64,000 nt of DNA, from the NCBI RefSeq assembly GCF_032444005.1, contig NC_091288.1, positions 16,120,001 through 16,184,000 of the forward strand. Reading direction: 5' to 3'. A model generated the notes under the pieces. The model saw nothing but the letters and a program-made list of their open reading frames with translations, made no database searches and was not told the origin of the DNA. The position numbers were made by a program, and so were the translations under genes. This document shows, in pieces, positions 1 to 11,899 of the stretch. Origin of the DNA: Ranitomeya imitator. Its lineage: Eukaryota. Each line of letters begins with the position of its first letter. The first letter of the stretch is position 1.

Positions 1-109
1 CGTGGTTTGTTTTCAGATTATTTTTTTTTTCATGCAATTTAGACTACCATGCATCGAATTACAAAGCAGCCATCACTGAAGAATGATCATCAAGGTGGCA
101 AAGGCTTAA

Positions 110-317
110 AGGAGTTTTCCAAAATAAAACAAAAAACAAAACAGGGCAGATAGGTTTCAAAAAACGGCGCCACATCTGTCCACAGGTTGTTTATGGTAAT
201 GCAACAAGGCTCCAGTGAAGTGAATGGAGCTGAGCTAAAATACAAGACGCCCAATGGACAGGTGAGGTGCTGTTCTGGAGGAACGCTGCCATGTTTTTCT
301 AATGCTGGACATCCCCT
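110..317. mobile_element. T2/Kolobok-type MITE
   Basis: TTAA|AGGAGTTTTCC ... GGACATCCCCT|TTAA: TTAA at 106-109 and 318-321 flanking imperfect AGG...CCT termini. Confidence 0.55.
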
Positions 318-711
318 TTAAATATGATTCCACTGCAAAGCTCCATTCTCGCTGATAGGTGTAGCATATTTCGTAATAGGTCTGTTTCTTTCTGTGATAC
401 AGTATTCATAGGCCATCGGTATCAAATCGGTGGGATCCGACTGGCCTTGCATTGGTTGTGGGGGAGTGCTGCTGCCGTTGCATCACTGCTTACACCCGTA
501 CTACGTGCATGTAGCAGAGGCAGTGATGGATGTCACAGCACAAGCAGTAAAGAAGCCATAGACCCTAGAAACATTTGATCTGAATGATGGGGGTCCCATA
601 AAACCCCCCTCTTGGTCTACTTCTCTTGGTGGGCAATTTGCGCTACGTTGATGACACTGTACCCTAATGGGATTAATTGCTTCAGTAACTTGGTGTTGTG
701 TTGTCTCTCAG

Positions 712-793
712 CTCTCAGGAAGAGGAGGATTTGGCTCTAGCCCGAGCGCTATCAGCCAGCGAGGAGGAATACAGACGGCAGCAGCAGCAGGCG
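712..793 (+). CDS. ZFAND2B: ZFAND2B (AIRAPL) penultimate coding exon, second UIM
   Basis: Acceptor ttgtctctcag at 711 and donor GTGAGT at 794. Translates SQEEEDLALARALSASEEEYRRQQQQA, matching the human ZFAND2B C-terminal UIM as I recall it (QEEEDLALAQALSASEAEYQRQQAQ). Confidence 0.92.
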
Positions 794-1044
794 GTGAGTA
801 GAAACCCGCAAGAGTCATCACGCTGCGATGTAGAGACCTAACACGGGCATGCTGCTGTGTGCAGGGCAATGCATGGCGCCATTCAGCTCGGAGTGACGCT
901 TAAATCATCGGGACTCATTATTTGTAGTTTACGGGGCTTGCCCCATTATGAACATCTATGGCAAATCCACAGGATATGCCATAAATCTCCAATGAGAATA
1001 CCCCTTTTATGATATTTGAAGGAAATGAAATGAAAACACCTTTT

Positions 1045-1426
1045 GGGTTTGTGCACACGCTGCGGATTCTCTGTGGATCCGCAGCGTTTTTTGAGGTGCA
1101 GAAACGCTGCAGATCTGCAATTGATTTACAGTACAATGTAAATCAATGAGAAAAAAAAAATGCTGCGCACACTTTGCGGAAAATCCGCTGCGGAAACGCT
1201 GCGGGTTTAAAAGAAGTAGCATGTCACTTTTTTGTGAATCTGCAGCGTTTTTGTACCCATTCCATTATAGAAAACCGCAGGGGTAAAAACCGCAGCAAAA
1301 GCGCACAAAAAAACGCTGCGGAACCGCACAAAAAACGCGACAAATCCGCAGGTGCGTTTTTTGCCTGGAGAGGCAGAATCCGCACCAGAAATTCCTAAGC
1401 CTAATCCGCAATGTGTGCACATAGCC
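1045..1426. mobile_element. Palindromic MITE (Harbinger-like TIRs)
   Basis: Left GGGTTTGTGCACACGCTGCGGATT and right AATCCGCAATGTGTGCACATAGCC are inverted repeats, with internal inverted CCGCAGCG/CGCTGCGG repeats. Lies in the last ZFAND2B intron. Confidence 0.7.
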
Positions 1427-1988
1427 TCAAGCATTTATATATTTTTTTTCATCCATGTGAAAATAAATGAACATTTCACATGTATTCTGCTGCCTAAGAT
1501 GGGCAGCTGTCATCATCCCTCCAGTATAGCATGCCGTGGTGATTACGCAGGGGACATGGTCGCTTTGTGCAGATAGTCACTGGAGGTGACCGCAGCGAGG
1601 CATCCTGTGTGCCATCATCCTCCATACATAATCATCATTGCTTTGCTCCCATCTAGTATAATGTGCATATAGTCGCTCACCGCACAATGTACAAGGTACC
1701 AATAGACCAACACTCCTCAGAAGTGAAAAAAAGGAAACCAATTCCAATGAAAGAAAAACATTTTTTTCCCAAATATTTTTCCCTTCAGCGCTCTGACCGC
1801 CACACTTAGGATTTTGCGTGCCGCGTAGCACAGGTAAGTGGAACAATATATATAATATTTTATATACAAACGGCGTGTTAGCCTATTGTACCTTGTATAT
1901 TCTCTGTTGGTTTCCTGCTGTCATTTCTGCTGAACTTCTGACACTCGGCTGATATAAAACTAAATAAATCTGTAATGTCTGAATTCAG

Positions 1989-2036
1989 GGGCAGACGAGT
2001 CGCAATGCCAAACAGAGCACCTGCAATATGTGCTAG
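1989..2036 (+). CDS. ZFAND2B: ZFAND2B last coding exon with CaaX box
   Basis: ttcag|GGG CAG ACG AGT CGC AAT GCC AAA CAG AGC ACC TGC AAT ATG TGC TAG = GQTSRNAKQSTCNMC*. Phase 0 matches the upstream exon, and it parallels the human ending SRSSKPSNCSLC*. Confidence 0.88.
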   Translation, partial: GQTSRNAKQSTCNMC

Positions 2037-4848
2037 CGCCACACGGACCACCCGTGACCCAGCACATGGACCACCGTGACCGAGCACAGGGACTGCGAGC
2101 AGAATCATGACCCAATCAGCGCCTCTCTTATTTCTCCAGGATGGCAGGCATGGACCGCGTTTTGCATGCAACTATTGAATCGTTATAATTGGGGGGTTTC
2201 GACCTTCACAGGTGGACATCAGATGCTTAAAGACTACATGGGATCCTCTATCTGGCCCAGTTCTGCGCTCAGGTTTCTCGCTGGGGGAATTTCCAGTCTA
2301 CTGCCAGGTACTTGAGATATCATGGAGGAAACTGATCCAAACTAATGTAGAGGAAAAATTAAAGGGGTGTTCCCACATCAGAAAGTAGTGGCATATACCA
2401 TCGCTGGATGATCGGGGGGGGATCTGATCCTGAGAATGAGAATGTTCTTCAGAACAGTCCCTAAGGCAGGTTTTCCTTGAACAATCCTGGCTTTACCCTA
2501 TTATCTTAAGTGGGACCAGTCGTAGGTCCGTACTGAGCCCGGTGGCCGGGACCCATGCTGTTCTGGGGAAAATTGTCATGGGGACTCGGCTCTGGTGTAC
2601 GTAATATGGACACGAAAATACGGCTGTGTCTTTGGCTATGAATCTGCACAAAAATCTGCCACATCTGAACATGAACCTGGGCGTACGGCACCATTCATCG
2701 GAGTTACTCTTGAAGAAGGTATAAGATTTGCAGAAGGAGAACGTCTATGTTCATCGTTCAGTTTCATTAATTCCAAAGACATTACTCAATAAGTCACTTT
2801 TAATTCTGTTTCTCTCCTTCACATTTACGCTTTTTCCATTCCTGGTACTTAGAGGAACACTCGAGGCACAGGATAACCCCCGTGTAATGTCTAGGCAGGT
2901 TCTGCGTGGTTGGGGTCCTTGCGCCATGCTGCGCCCCTGCAGACCCTGCACCAGACATAACACCGGTACCTGTGCTATCCTGAGTGCTCCTTTAATACAC
3001 CCCGTCATATAATAGCCTGGAAACTACAAGTCTCAACATGCTCCACATTTACAGGACATCATGAGAGTTGTAGGTAAACAACTCATTTCTGCTGTGGGTA
3101 GAAATCTATGTGGTGCTATTATTTTTTTTTTTTTTTTTTTTTTTTAGAAATGCAGATTTTTTTTTTCCTTAACTGGCAAAAAGATGGGAGAGGGGTAGGG
3201 AATTAAAGGGATTCTCCAGTCTCTTGTAAATAAAAGCTCTACAAACTCCCATCCTGGGTCTGGTCGTGTTCACACAGCTGCAGCTTGTTGCCGGCAATCC
3301 CCTGTGAGCACAATACAGCAGCACAAACCTCCTTTCTGCCCTAATAGCTCTTACCTACGCTGATACATTGCAACAAACCGCAGCTGTGTGAGAATAGGCG
3401 GTTAGGATAGATTTTCTTCTGGCGGAGATTAAGCTTTATTGACACAAGACTGGAGAATTCCATCATATACGGAGGACATTAACGTTACCGCCATGTCCTG
3501 CGGATCGTGAAATCACTTTTATATGCCTCTCCCATTTGTCTGTCTTTTGTTCTGTTCATCTGGATGTGATCGACATGTAAATCTGAGTAATCGCAGATAT
3601 TTTATTTTACTTGTACTCTTCAGAAATGATAGCAGAATTGTGTTTTCTTTTTGGTTCTGACTTTGCATCTTTCCGCACCCGCTGCCGGTTCAGTGTCTGT
3701 ACAGAGAGGGGAGGGATGTAGTGGGCACTGACTGTGCCGCATGTGAAGCTGAAGAGTAAAAGCTGTGGCCTATCAATCCGATTGGGGTACAAGAGAGCAG
3801 CTTTCCCAGATCATACAGCAAATGGGTTACTTTTTAGCAATTGGGCCCATCTGTGGAGGTTTGCAGGACATAAGGACTTTGGTACCACTCACTCCCAGTG
3901 TGGATGCGAGCGGCTCTGGACGGTGCCCGATAGCCCCTCTAACGCTCAGTTGTGTGCCGGAGATCTGTATAAGAACTGAGAAATGTCTTGTCTTCGTACC
4001 TCCACTACATTTTCTGATAATAAATGGCCCAATTTACCATAAATACATTTTTCGAATGATGGGGCAGATTTCCTAATTGATCTAAAACAAGTCTGTGCAG
4101 CACAGAGAGGCAGTGTATTCTACAGCACCTAGAACTACATGTAGTAATGAAACCGACAGAAAAAAGTCCCGTGATCGCTCGGCATCCAAAACGTAGACAC
4201 TTTACGGAAGAAGGCGCGCTGATATCATGGCTTCACAACGGTAGAAGAGCCGCAGACCGGAGCCCTCATCATCGTTTCTACCCATGTAGTCTCCATTCTC
4301 TCTGCTCTGGCAGTGTCTATTACTCCAGTCTATATAGAATGGTTACTTTATATCACAGGGGGCAGATGTTGTCTTCTACTGCCTGTAATATATGTATTTA
4401 TAAGGATTTATCTGAGATTTTTCATGTTCACAGTTGGCGAAATCATTTACAACATGGGTCCGTTTTGAGATTAGATGTTACCCAGTCCGGCTTTTAGGTA
4501 GCAGGAGGCTGATAGTGATCACATATGTGGGTTTTTAACGCACCTATATCTTATTCCTGTGGTCACCATAGTTTTACAAAAAAAAGTCTGATTAATAGAG
4601 CAACGATGAATGGCTATTGTGAGTCCTGGCCGACCTCCTGTACTTCACGAGTTGGACCTTGGGCCAAAGATCAGAATAATCAGAGACGCTTGTTAAACTC
4701 TGTCTGACAAACGCGAGTAGTTATTAGGCAGTTTATCTGTAGCAACCAGACTTCCTCACATGACTGTTAAGCTCACAGCTGGTCCCATCCTGCACTACTA
4801 ATCTGATTTTTTTTCTTAAAAAAATGAAATTATAAAAACTTCATTAAA

Positions 4849-5375
4849 GGGTTTTTTCAGGTTGAAAATGTATTGCTGCAGTCAGTCGCTCTGTGTGACC
4901 GCAGATTGCCAAATCCTGACAGTACGCAACATGAGCACCGTCAGGATTACGCTCAGTTATCAGCTTGAGTGCCCATCGCTTGTCCGGGTCACGTGCCGGC
5001 GAGCTTTCCATCCATTTCTCTCAATACAACACTGAAAGAAGCAGGAAAAGTTGCTCGTCTGCGCACGACCGCAACAGTACAACAAGCTAGCAGCAGTGTG
5101 GCATCATGACGGTGAGCTTATTGCGCACTGTCAGGATTACGCTCAGTTATCAGCTTGAGTGCCCATCACTTGTACGGGTCACGTGCCGACGAGCTTTCCA
5201 ACTATTTTTCTCAATACAGCACTAAAAGAAGCAGGAAAAGTTGCTTTTCTGCACACGACCGCAACTATACAACAAGCTGGCATCAGGGAGGTGAGCTTAT
5301 TGCGCACTGTCAGGATTCAATCTGTAGCCACATCGAGTGACTGCAAAAATGTTTACTTTGAGAACAGAAATGTCT
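4849..5375. mobile_element. T2/Kolobok-type non-autonomous element with ~190-bp internal tandem duplication
   Basis: TTAA|AGGGTTTTTTC ... GAAATGTCT|TTAA. The internal unit ctgtcaggattacgctcagttatcagcttgagtgcccatc occurs at ~4938 and ~5128, with a partial third copy at ~5307. Confidence 0.5.
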
Positions 5376-5379
5376 TTAA

Positions 5380-5789
5380 GGCTACTTTCACACTAGCGTT
5401 AACTGCAATCCGTCACAATGCGTCGTTTTGCAGAAAAAACGCATCCTGCAAAAGTGCTTGAAGGATGCGTTTTTTCCCCATAGACTTGTATTGACGATGG
5501 ATTGCCACACGTCGCATCCGTCGTGCGACGGATGCGTCGTGCTTTGGCGGACCGTCGGGAGCAAAAAACGCTATATGAAATGTTTTTTGCTCCTGACGGA
5601 CCGCTTTTTCCGACCGCGCATGCGCGGCCGGAACTCCGCCCCCACCTCCCCGCACCTCACAATGGGGCAGCGGATGCGCCAGAGAAATGCATCCGCTGCC
5701 TCCGTTGTGCAGTGCAGCAAACGCTAGCATCGGAATCTCTCCCCGACGCATTGCGACGGGGAGATTCCGATACTAGTGTGAAAGAAGCC
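5380..5789. mobile_element. PIF/Harbinger-like MITE
   Basis: TIRs GGCTACTTTCACACTAG ... CTAGTGTGAAAGAAGCC, a palindromic interior (GACGGAT/ATCCGTC), and TAA on the left. Confidence 0.7.
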
Positions 5790-6470
5790 AAAGCCTGAGA
5801 TATGGCAGCGGTTCAGCTGAAGTCTCTCTGTAATTCCCATGAAACGTTGTTTCCTCAGGTTGTAACACTGCCGAGAGGCGCAGGTTGTATTAATACTGTG
5901 ACAATTTGTAACGTTCGGAGGAAAAACTTTTGTGAGACAGAAGTCTGCTCCTCCGGTTATTTTAATTTATAAACCAAATAAATGATGAATTTTCATGTAA
6001 AGCTTTTTTTCGTGTCTTTCTTCATAATTTAATATTATTCTAGTAATAATTGGACGTGATGGCGTCCAGCAAATGTGAAGAGATGTGTACAGTACATTAC
6101 ATTATGTGGTTCTGCCAAGAAGGGGGAACAGTCCTGAAGGTGTAATGAGAGGAAAAGTATCCACAAAAACGAATTACATTAAGCCGATAAGAGATATCGC
6201 TGCTATCGGCGGGGATTAAACTCGTGATCTACAAACAGGAATGGTGGATTTCCAATGTGCTGCTAATTCCAAGATCCAAAGACAAAATGATTAAATCGAA
6301 AGGTTATTTATTGTCAGTGACTCCTTCCTCAGGACGACACTATTGGTGGGGATGGTCGTACATACTGGACTCTGCTCTTAGAGTATTTGTGCACGTTCAT
6401 TGTGAATGACTATCCTGACCGAACAAGAGATGCCGTACTGTGTGTCTGTAGAGGTGAGAGTACTCGGTAA

Positions 6471-6850
6471 GGCTTCGTTCACACTTGCGTCGTTTTGAAT
6501 CCGTCGCAATGCGTCGTTTTGGGGAAAAACGGATCCTGTATGTGCCCGCAAGATGCGTTTTTTTTCCCCCCCCCATAGACTTGTATTGCCGACAGATTGC
6601 GACGTATGGCCATACGTCGCGTCCGTCGTGCACTGAATGCTTCGTGTTTTGGCGGACCGTCGGCACGAAAAAACGTTCAAGGGAACATTTTTTCGTACGT
6701 CGCGTCCGCCATTTTCTACCGTGCATGCGCGGCCGGAACTCCGCCCCCTCCTCCCCGGACTTCAGAATTGGCAGCGGATGCGTTGAAAAACTGCATCCGC
6801 TGCCCACGTCGTGCAAAATTTTCACAACGTGCATCGGTACGTCGCGCCGA
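6471..6850. mobile_element. PIF/Harbinger-like MITE, right end truncated
   Basis: TAA|GGCTTCGTTCACACTTGCG start. Interior is homologous to 5380-5789 (GGCCGGAACTCCGCCCCC, CATGCGCGGCC). No right TIR; it abuts the broken hAT transposase. Confidence 0.6.
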
Positions 6851-6853
6851 AGG

Positions 6854-8056
6854 TTAGCCTTGCAGCTTGGTATTCAGCTCATTCATTAGTGTAGTCACAT
6901 CAATGGCAAAGGCCAGATCTGCTATCCAGTGCTTATCTGAGAACTCTGGGATGTCTTTGCCTTTCATTTGACAAAATGTCTGAATCTCAGCTCTCAGGTC
7001 CCATACTCTTTTAAGCACCTTCCCAAGGCTGAGCCACCTCACAGCTGTGTGGTAGCCTATGTCACTATGTTCACTTTCTTGTTCCTCCAACAGTGAAACA
7101 AATTGTCTGTGATTCAGTGCTCTTGCCCTGATGAAATTAACTGTCTTAGTTACAACATCAACAACATGGCTGATTTGTAGCACCGACTTGCACAGCACTT
7201 CTTGATGTATAATGCAATGCAAAAATATCAATTTCTGTTCTGGGTTTATTTCATTCACTTTATCTTGCATCCGCTTCAAAAGTCCAACATTTTTCCCTGT
7301 CTTATTTGGACATCCATCGGTTATAACACTTACTAATGTGTTCCATTTTAAGCCCAGTTTGTCCACGGATGCATTTACTTCGGTGAACAAATCACTCCCT
7401 TTCGTGGTACCTTTCAATGATCGCAAAGCTACCAGCTCTTCAGTCATCTCAAAGTTATTTGTTATTCCGCGTACAAAGATAAGTAACTGGGCAGTATCAC
7501 GGACATCACAGCTCTCGTCCAGAGCCAGGGAAAAAAAAATAAAATGATCAACTTTGTTTTTAAGCTGCAACTCCAAATTCCCCGCAATGTCTTCTACCCG
7601 TCTTGTTACGGTTCGCCTGGAGAGGGACACATGTGAAAATGCTTCTTTTTTCTCAGGACAAATTATTGCTACAGAGTCCACCAAACATTCTTTCACAAAC
7701 TCCCCATCAGAGAATGGCTTACTGTTTCTAGCAATTTTGTGGGATATTACAAAGCTTGTCCTGATGGCTGCATCCCTGGATGCGTGGAGCTTTGTAAAAA
7801 ATCTTTTCTGCGTTTGCAGTTTTGATAGCAAATCTTCAGATGCCCGTGCCCGCTCTGCCTCTGTCAAGTTCTTGTATTTCTGTGCATGTTTTGTTTCGTA
7901 ATGGCGATTTAAATTATAATCTTTAAACACAGCTATTTGCTCTCCACAAACTAAGCACACAGCTTTGCCTTTGGTTTCAGTAAATAAATATTTAGAAGTC
8001 CATTCCTTGTTAAAAACTCTGCATTCTCCATCAATCTTTCTTTTTTTAGCAGACAT
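6854..8056 (-). pseudogene. hAT transposase, N-terminal 400 aa (C-terminus missing)
   Basis: KRKIDGECRVFNKEW..VCLVC..YNLNRHYETKH zinc finger, FSLALDESCDV (first catalytic D), HCIIHQEVLC and VRWLS motifs. Stops at NELNTKLQG, before the catalytic Glu and dimerisation domain. Confidence 0.88.
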
Positions 8057-8199
8057 ATGTAAGGGCTAATTCTTCTGATGGGAGTCACGATTCTCTGCAG
8101 AAGGAGAAAATGCAGTTTTATACAATAAATATTGCAAGGTTTCTTTTCTTCATGAGTACTATTAATTTATGGCGGGCGGGTTACATGATACATATGATG

Positions 8200-8600
8200 G
8201 GCATTCATTTTGGTGCCCCCATAATGTCCAGATCTCATTTGTGCCCCCATAATGTCCAGATTTCATTCATTAGTGCCCCCATAATGTCCAGATTTCATTC
8301 ATTAGTGCCCCCATAATGTCCAGATTTCATTTGTGCCCCCATAATATCCAGATTTCATTAATTAGTGGCCCCATAATGTCCAGATTTCATTTGTGCCCCC
8401 ATAATGTCCAGATTTCATTAGTGCAGATAATAACCCAGTGCACAAGTACTGAGGAGCAGATAATAACCCAGTGCACAAGTACAGAGGTGCAGATAACCCA
8501 GAGCACAAGTACTGAGGAGCAGATAACCCAGAGCCCAAATACAGCGGAGCAGATGACCCAGTGCGCAAGTACTGAGGAGCAGATAACCCAGTGCCCTTAC
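8200..8600. repeat. Two adjacent minisatellites inside the hAT element
   Basis: Units gtgcccccataatgtccagatttcatt (8210-8420) and agataacccagtgcacaagtactgaggagc (8425-8600). Confidence 0.85.
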
Positions 8601-10698
8601 CACCGACCACCGGCACCGTCCGACTCCACAAGTGACCTCAGTACAGCGCTGCAGTGCCACACAGAACACCGGCGTCCGGCGCAACGGAGCAGAGCAGCAG
8701 CATGTGTCACGCTGAGGGACGTCACCTGCTGCTGGCGCTTCCCTGATGCGGAAGTGCCAGCGGCGGTCAGCGCCTCTCAGCGGACAGGAGTTTGAATGCA
8801 GGGCGCACAGGCGCAGGTGTGGCTGAAGGAAAGGGGAGCCGAGCGGTGCCGCGGGCGGCGGGCCGTTTACAACCGTCAGGCGGGCCGGATGCGGCCCGCG
8901 GGCCGCATCTTGCCCAGGCCTGCACAATACAGTGCTGATATTAGGTGTTCACACCACCAAAAAATTATTGTAATATTTGTTTCTCCATCGCCTTTCATTG
9001 GGGGACACAGGAACCATGGGTGTATGCTGCTGCCACTAGGAGGCTGACACTATGCAAATAAAAAAGTTAGCTCCTCCTCTGCAGTGTACACCCCACCGAC
9101 AGGAAGTAGGATATTCAGTTTTAACTTAGTGTCAGTAGGAGGTGGACACGGGTCTTTCATTAGACCCTTATCTACCTCAATGTGCTTTGTTTTCTTACAG
9201 GTTTCTGGAGGGATACAGGGTGAACAGTCACACCTGTACTCCCACAATGCGGACTATGAGTACGGCGTGTACTGCCACCCCGTATCCTCATAGATCCCTT
9301 AGCAGGACCATGATCCTGGCACACCAGCGTGCTCAGAAGTCCGGTCCTGGCTGCATCCCCCACCCACTCGCCCACCAGAGCCTGTCGCGGAGACGAGGAC
9401 GTCCATCAGCACCCTGGACGTCTCATTCCTCTTCAGGTTAGTAACGGCGTGGGATGTTTAAGGTGAGTATTTTCCCCATTCCATCCCATCCCATACAGAT
9501 CTTCAAAGGGGGGGATCCCACTGGTCGTCGCCCGTTGCAAGCGGGCAGCTGCACGCAGTTGCAGGGGCCTTTTTTTTTTCTGCGCTCACGGGCTGAGATC
9601 CCTTTACCGCGCGGCGGCCGTGCTCTTTCTGTCTGCCGCGCCGCTTCCATAGCTGCGGCCGTTCTGCCTCCTGTTCCAGCGTGGCGGCCTTTACAGGCTA
9701 CCGCGCCGCTTCTGGCCCCTGCGACCGTACGATTCCAGCTGCCCTTAGCGGCTCCCCTGCCATCTGTGCCAGCGCGGCGGCATTTGCAGGCCGCCGCATC
9801 GGGCCCCTGCAGCCGCACTGCTCCAGCCGCTCTCTGCGGCCGCGATGCCTTTGTCCTAGGCTGCCGCGCCGCTTCCTACCTGCGGCGCACAGCTCCGGCG
9901 CCGCGGTCTTGCACTGGTGGTTGCCGGCCTCTAATTTAGGCCCCGGCTTCACCCGGGGCCTACTTCCGGCCGCGACTCCGCCACTTCCTTCCTTACATCT
10001 CCCGCCCGACTGGTTCAAGTCGGTGAGCTCCGCCCACCAGCGCCATCTTGGCGGTTAGCCCCGCCCACTTTCTCCTGCGCCCCTGAAGTTGCTTTCGGCA
10101 CCAGGACCGCCTTGCGCTGGCTCCTCAAAGCGCATAGCCTGGCGTCCTCATCCCTTGCGGCTCAGCATTGCAGCCGGTCCCGGACAGAAGAGTGTCCCAG
10201 AAGTCTGCTCTGTCTGCCTGCACCCCTGCGTTAAGGACCATCGACATAATGAGGTGCAGCTTTCCATCCATCACCTGTCGTGAGTAGCTCTGCTGCAGAC
10301 TGACACTTTCCTCTGCTTTCCTGTCCCCTAACCTTCTGGCATTCCTCAGGGGTTCGTTCGCCATGTCAAATCTTAAGGGAAGTCGCTTTTGTCCTCCCTC
10401 TTCTGCCTTAGTCAAACACTTTGCGTGTTCGCCTTATGCCCACCGCAGCGTCTGCCGTGAGTAGCTCTGCACCACAGACTGATACTCTCCCCTTCTGATT
10501 TTTTCCTCAGGGGCCCGTTCGGTCTAATTTTAAGGGAGGTCGCTTCCGGCCTCCTACTTTTTCTCAGGCAGGCCTGCAGCAACCCACATTATGCTCACCG
10601 CCCAGGAGCCCCCCCCCCCAGCTGCTCCGCCTCAGAGCGAAGTCCCCACTCCAGGCTAGGCCTCCTCTCTGTCTCTATCAGTAGCGGATCTCACACAG

Positions 10699-11800
10699 GT
10701 GTCCCAGACCCTTGTGTCCGTGCTAGATCGGTTGCCCCCGCAGACTTCCGTAGTAGCCAGCGGGTCGCAAGAAGCTCCGTCCGAGACTTCTAATACATGC
10801 TGCGAAAGATCCAGACAGGAACGCCGGTCTGAGTTCTCTTCTCGGTCCATTTCGCCCCACGGTCCTCTGTGGTCCTCCCCTCCCCCCCTCCCCCACCCCC
10901 CGGAGTCAGGCGAGGCTTTCTCTGCGCCTTCGGAGGATAATTTGGGGCCGGATTTGAACCAAATCGCTAACATGAGGGATATGGTTCAAAGCCTCATTGG
11001 AGCGACCAATCAGACCTGTGGCATCAAAGATTCCTCTACGAAACCCGCAGATCAGGCGGTTTCGTTTAGACGGTCTAAACTACCTCCCAAGTTATTTGCT
11101 CCTCATCCTGAATTCGAGGAGCTTCTGGCCAGAGAAAAAGCAAATTCAACCAGACGTTCTCAAAGAGGCAAGCGTCTTGGAGTCTCATATCTCTTTCCTC
11201 CGGATCTCATTGCCAACCGGAATGAGAGGCATTAGAGAACGACCTCTCCCCCTGTGGATCCGCCGGCTGCTAGACTTGCCAACAACACAGTCCTTACGCT
11301 GTCCGGTGGGGCGGCTCTGAAAGATTCCATCGATAGGATCATGGAATCCTTCGTGAAGTCGGCTTTCGAAACTGCCGCATCATCCCTATGCCCGGCTTTT
11401 GCTTCCACTTAGGTTTCGAAGTCTGTATCCGAAGGGGCTAAACAACTCCGTTGGGGCATTCAAGCTGGAGCTCCATCAGGCCGGCTGGCGGAACTTGCCA
11501 CCCAGATTACTCACGCTGGGGAATAATTTGTTCCCTGGACGTCGCGTCTTCTGCCGCACAGGCGCCCAGTAATGTTGCCAACCGTCGCACTGTTTGGCTC
11601 AAGAGTCATCAAAGAAGTCCCTTACGAGCCTGCCTTTTCAAGGTTCACGTCCTTTCGGTTCCAAGCTGGACCAAATTATTAAGGACGCCACTGGCGGCAC
11701 CAGTCCCCTTCTCCAGACCTCGCCTACTTCCCCTTAGGCGGCAACTTCGGTCTTTTCGGCCTTTTTCGTAGTTTCGCGGCATCAGATTCCTCTTCGCAAC
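10699..11800 (+). pseudogene. DIRS gag-like ORF1 remnant
   Basis: KLFAPHPEFEELLAREKANS..RLGVSYLFP and PPVDPPAARLA..L.GGAALKDSIDR segments. Contains frameshifts and stops. Confidence 0.6.
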
Positions 11801-11899
11801 AGCAGAGGCCACAGGCACGTTAAGAGAAGAAGGTATTCTTCGGACTAGACCCCTGCCCATTTCCCAGGCTGGGCAGCCGTGTCCTCTTCCTCAGGGATG

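Larger units (their letters stand above)
6854..8922 (-). mobile_element. hAT (Charlie/SPIN, GTF2IRD2-like) transposon, 3'-truncated
   Basis: Minus-strand terminus CAGGCCTGGGCAAGATGCGGCCCGCGGGCCGCATCCGGCCC at 8922. Subterminal minisatellites at 8200-8600, and transposase ORF at 8056-6854. Confidence 0.85.

Noticed and set aside
2076-4707. Short ORFs downstream of the ZFAND2B stop (2076, 2595, 4147 etc.) as extra or ABCB6 exons
   Set aside because: No recognisable protein similarity or consistent splice signals; probably 3' UTR or intergenic.
9438-10283. Cluster of GC-rich ORFs resembling a CpG-island gene
   Set aside because: Lies inside the DIRS element upstream of gag, with low-complexity translations and no host-gene motif.
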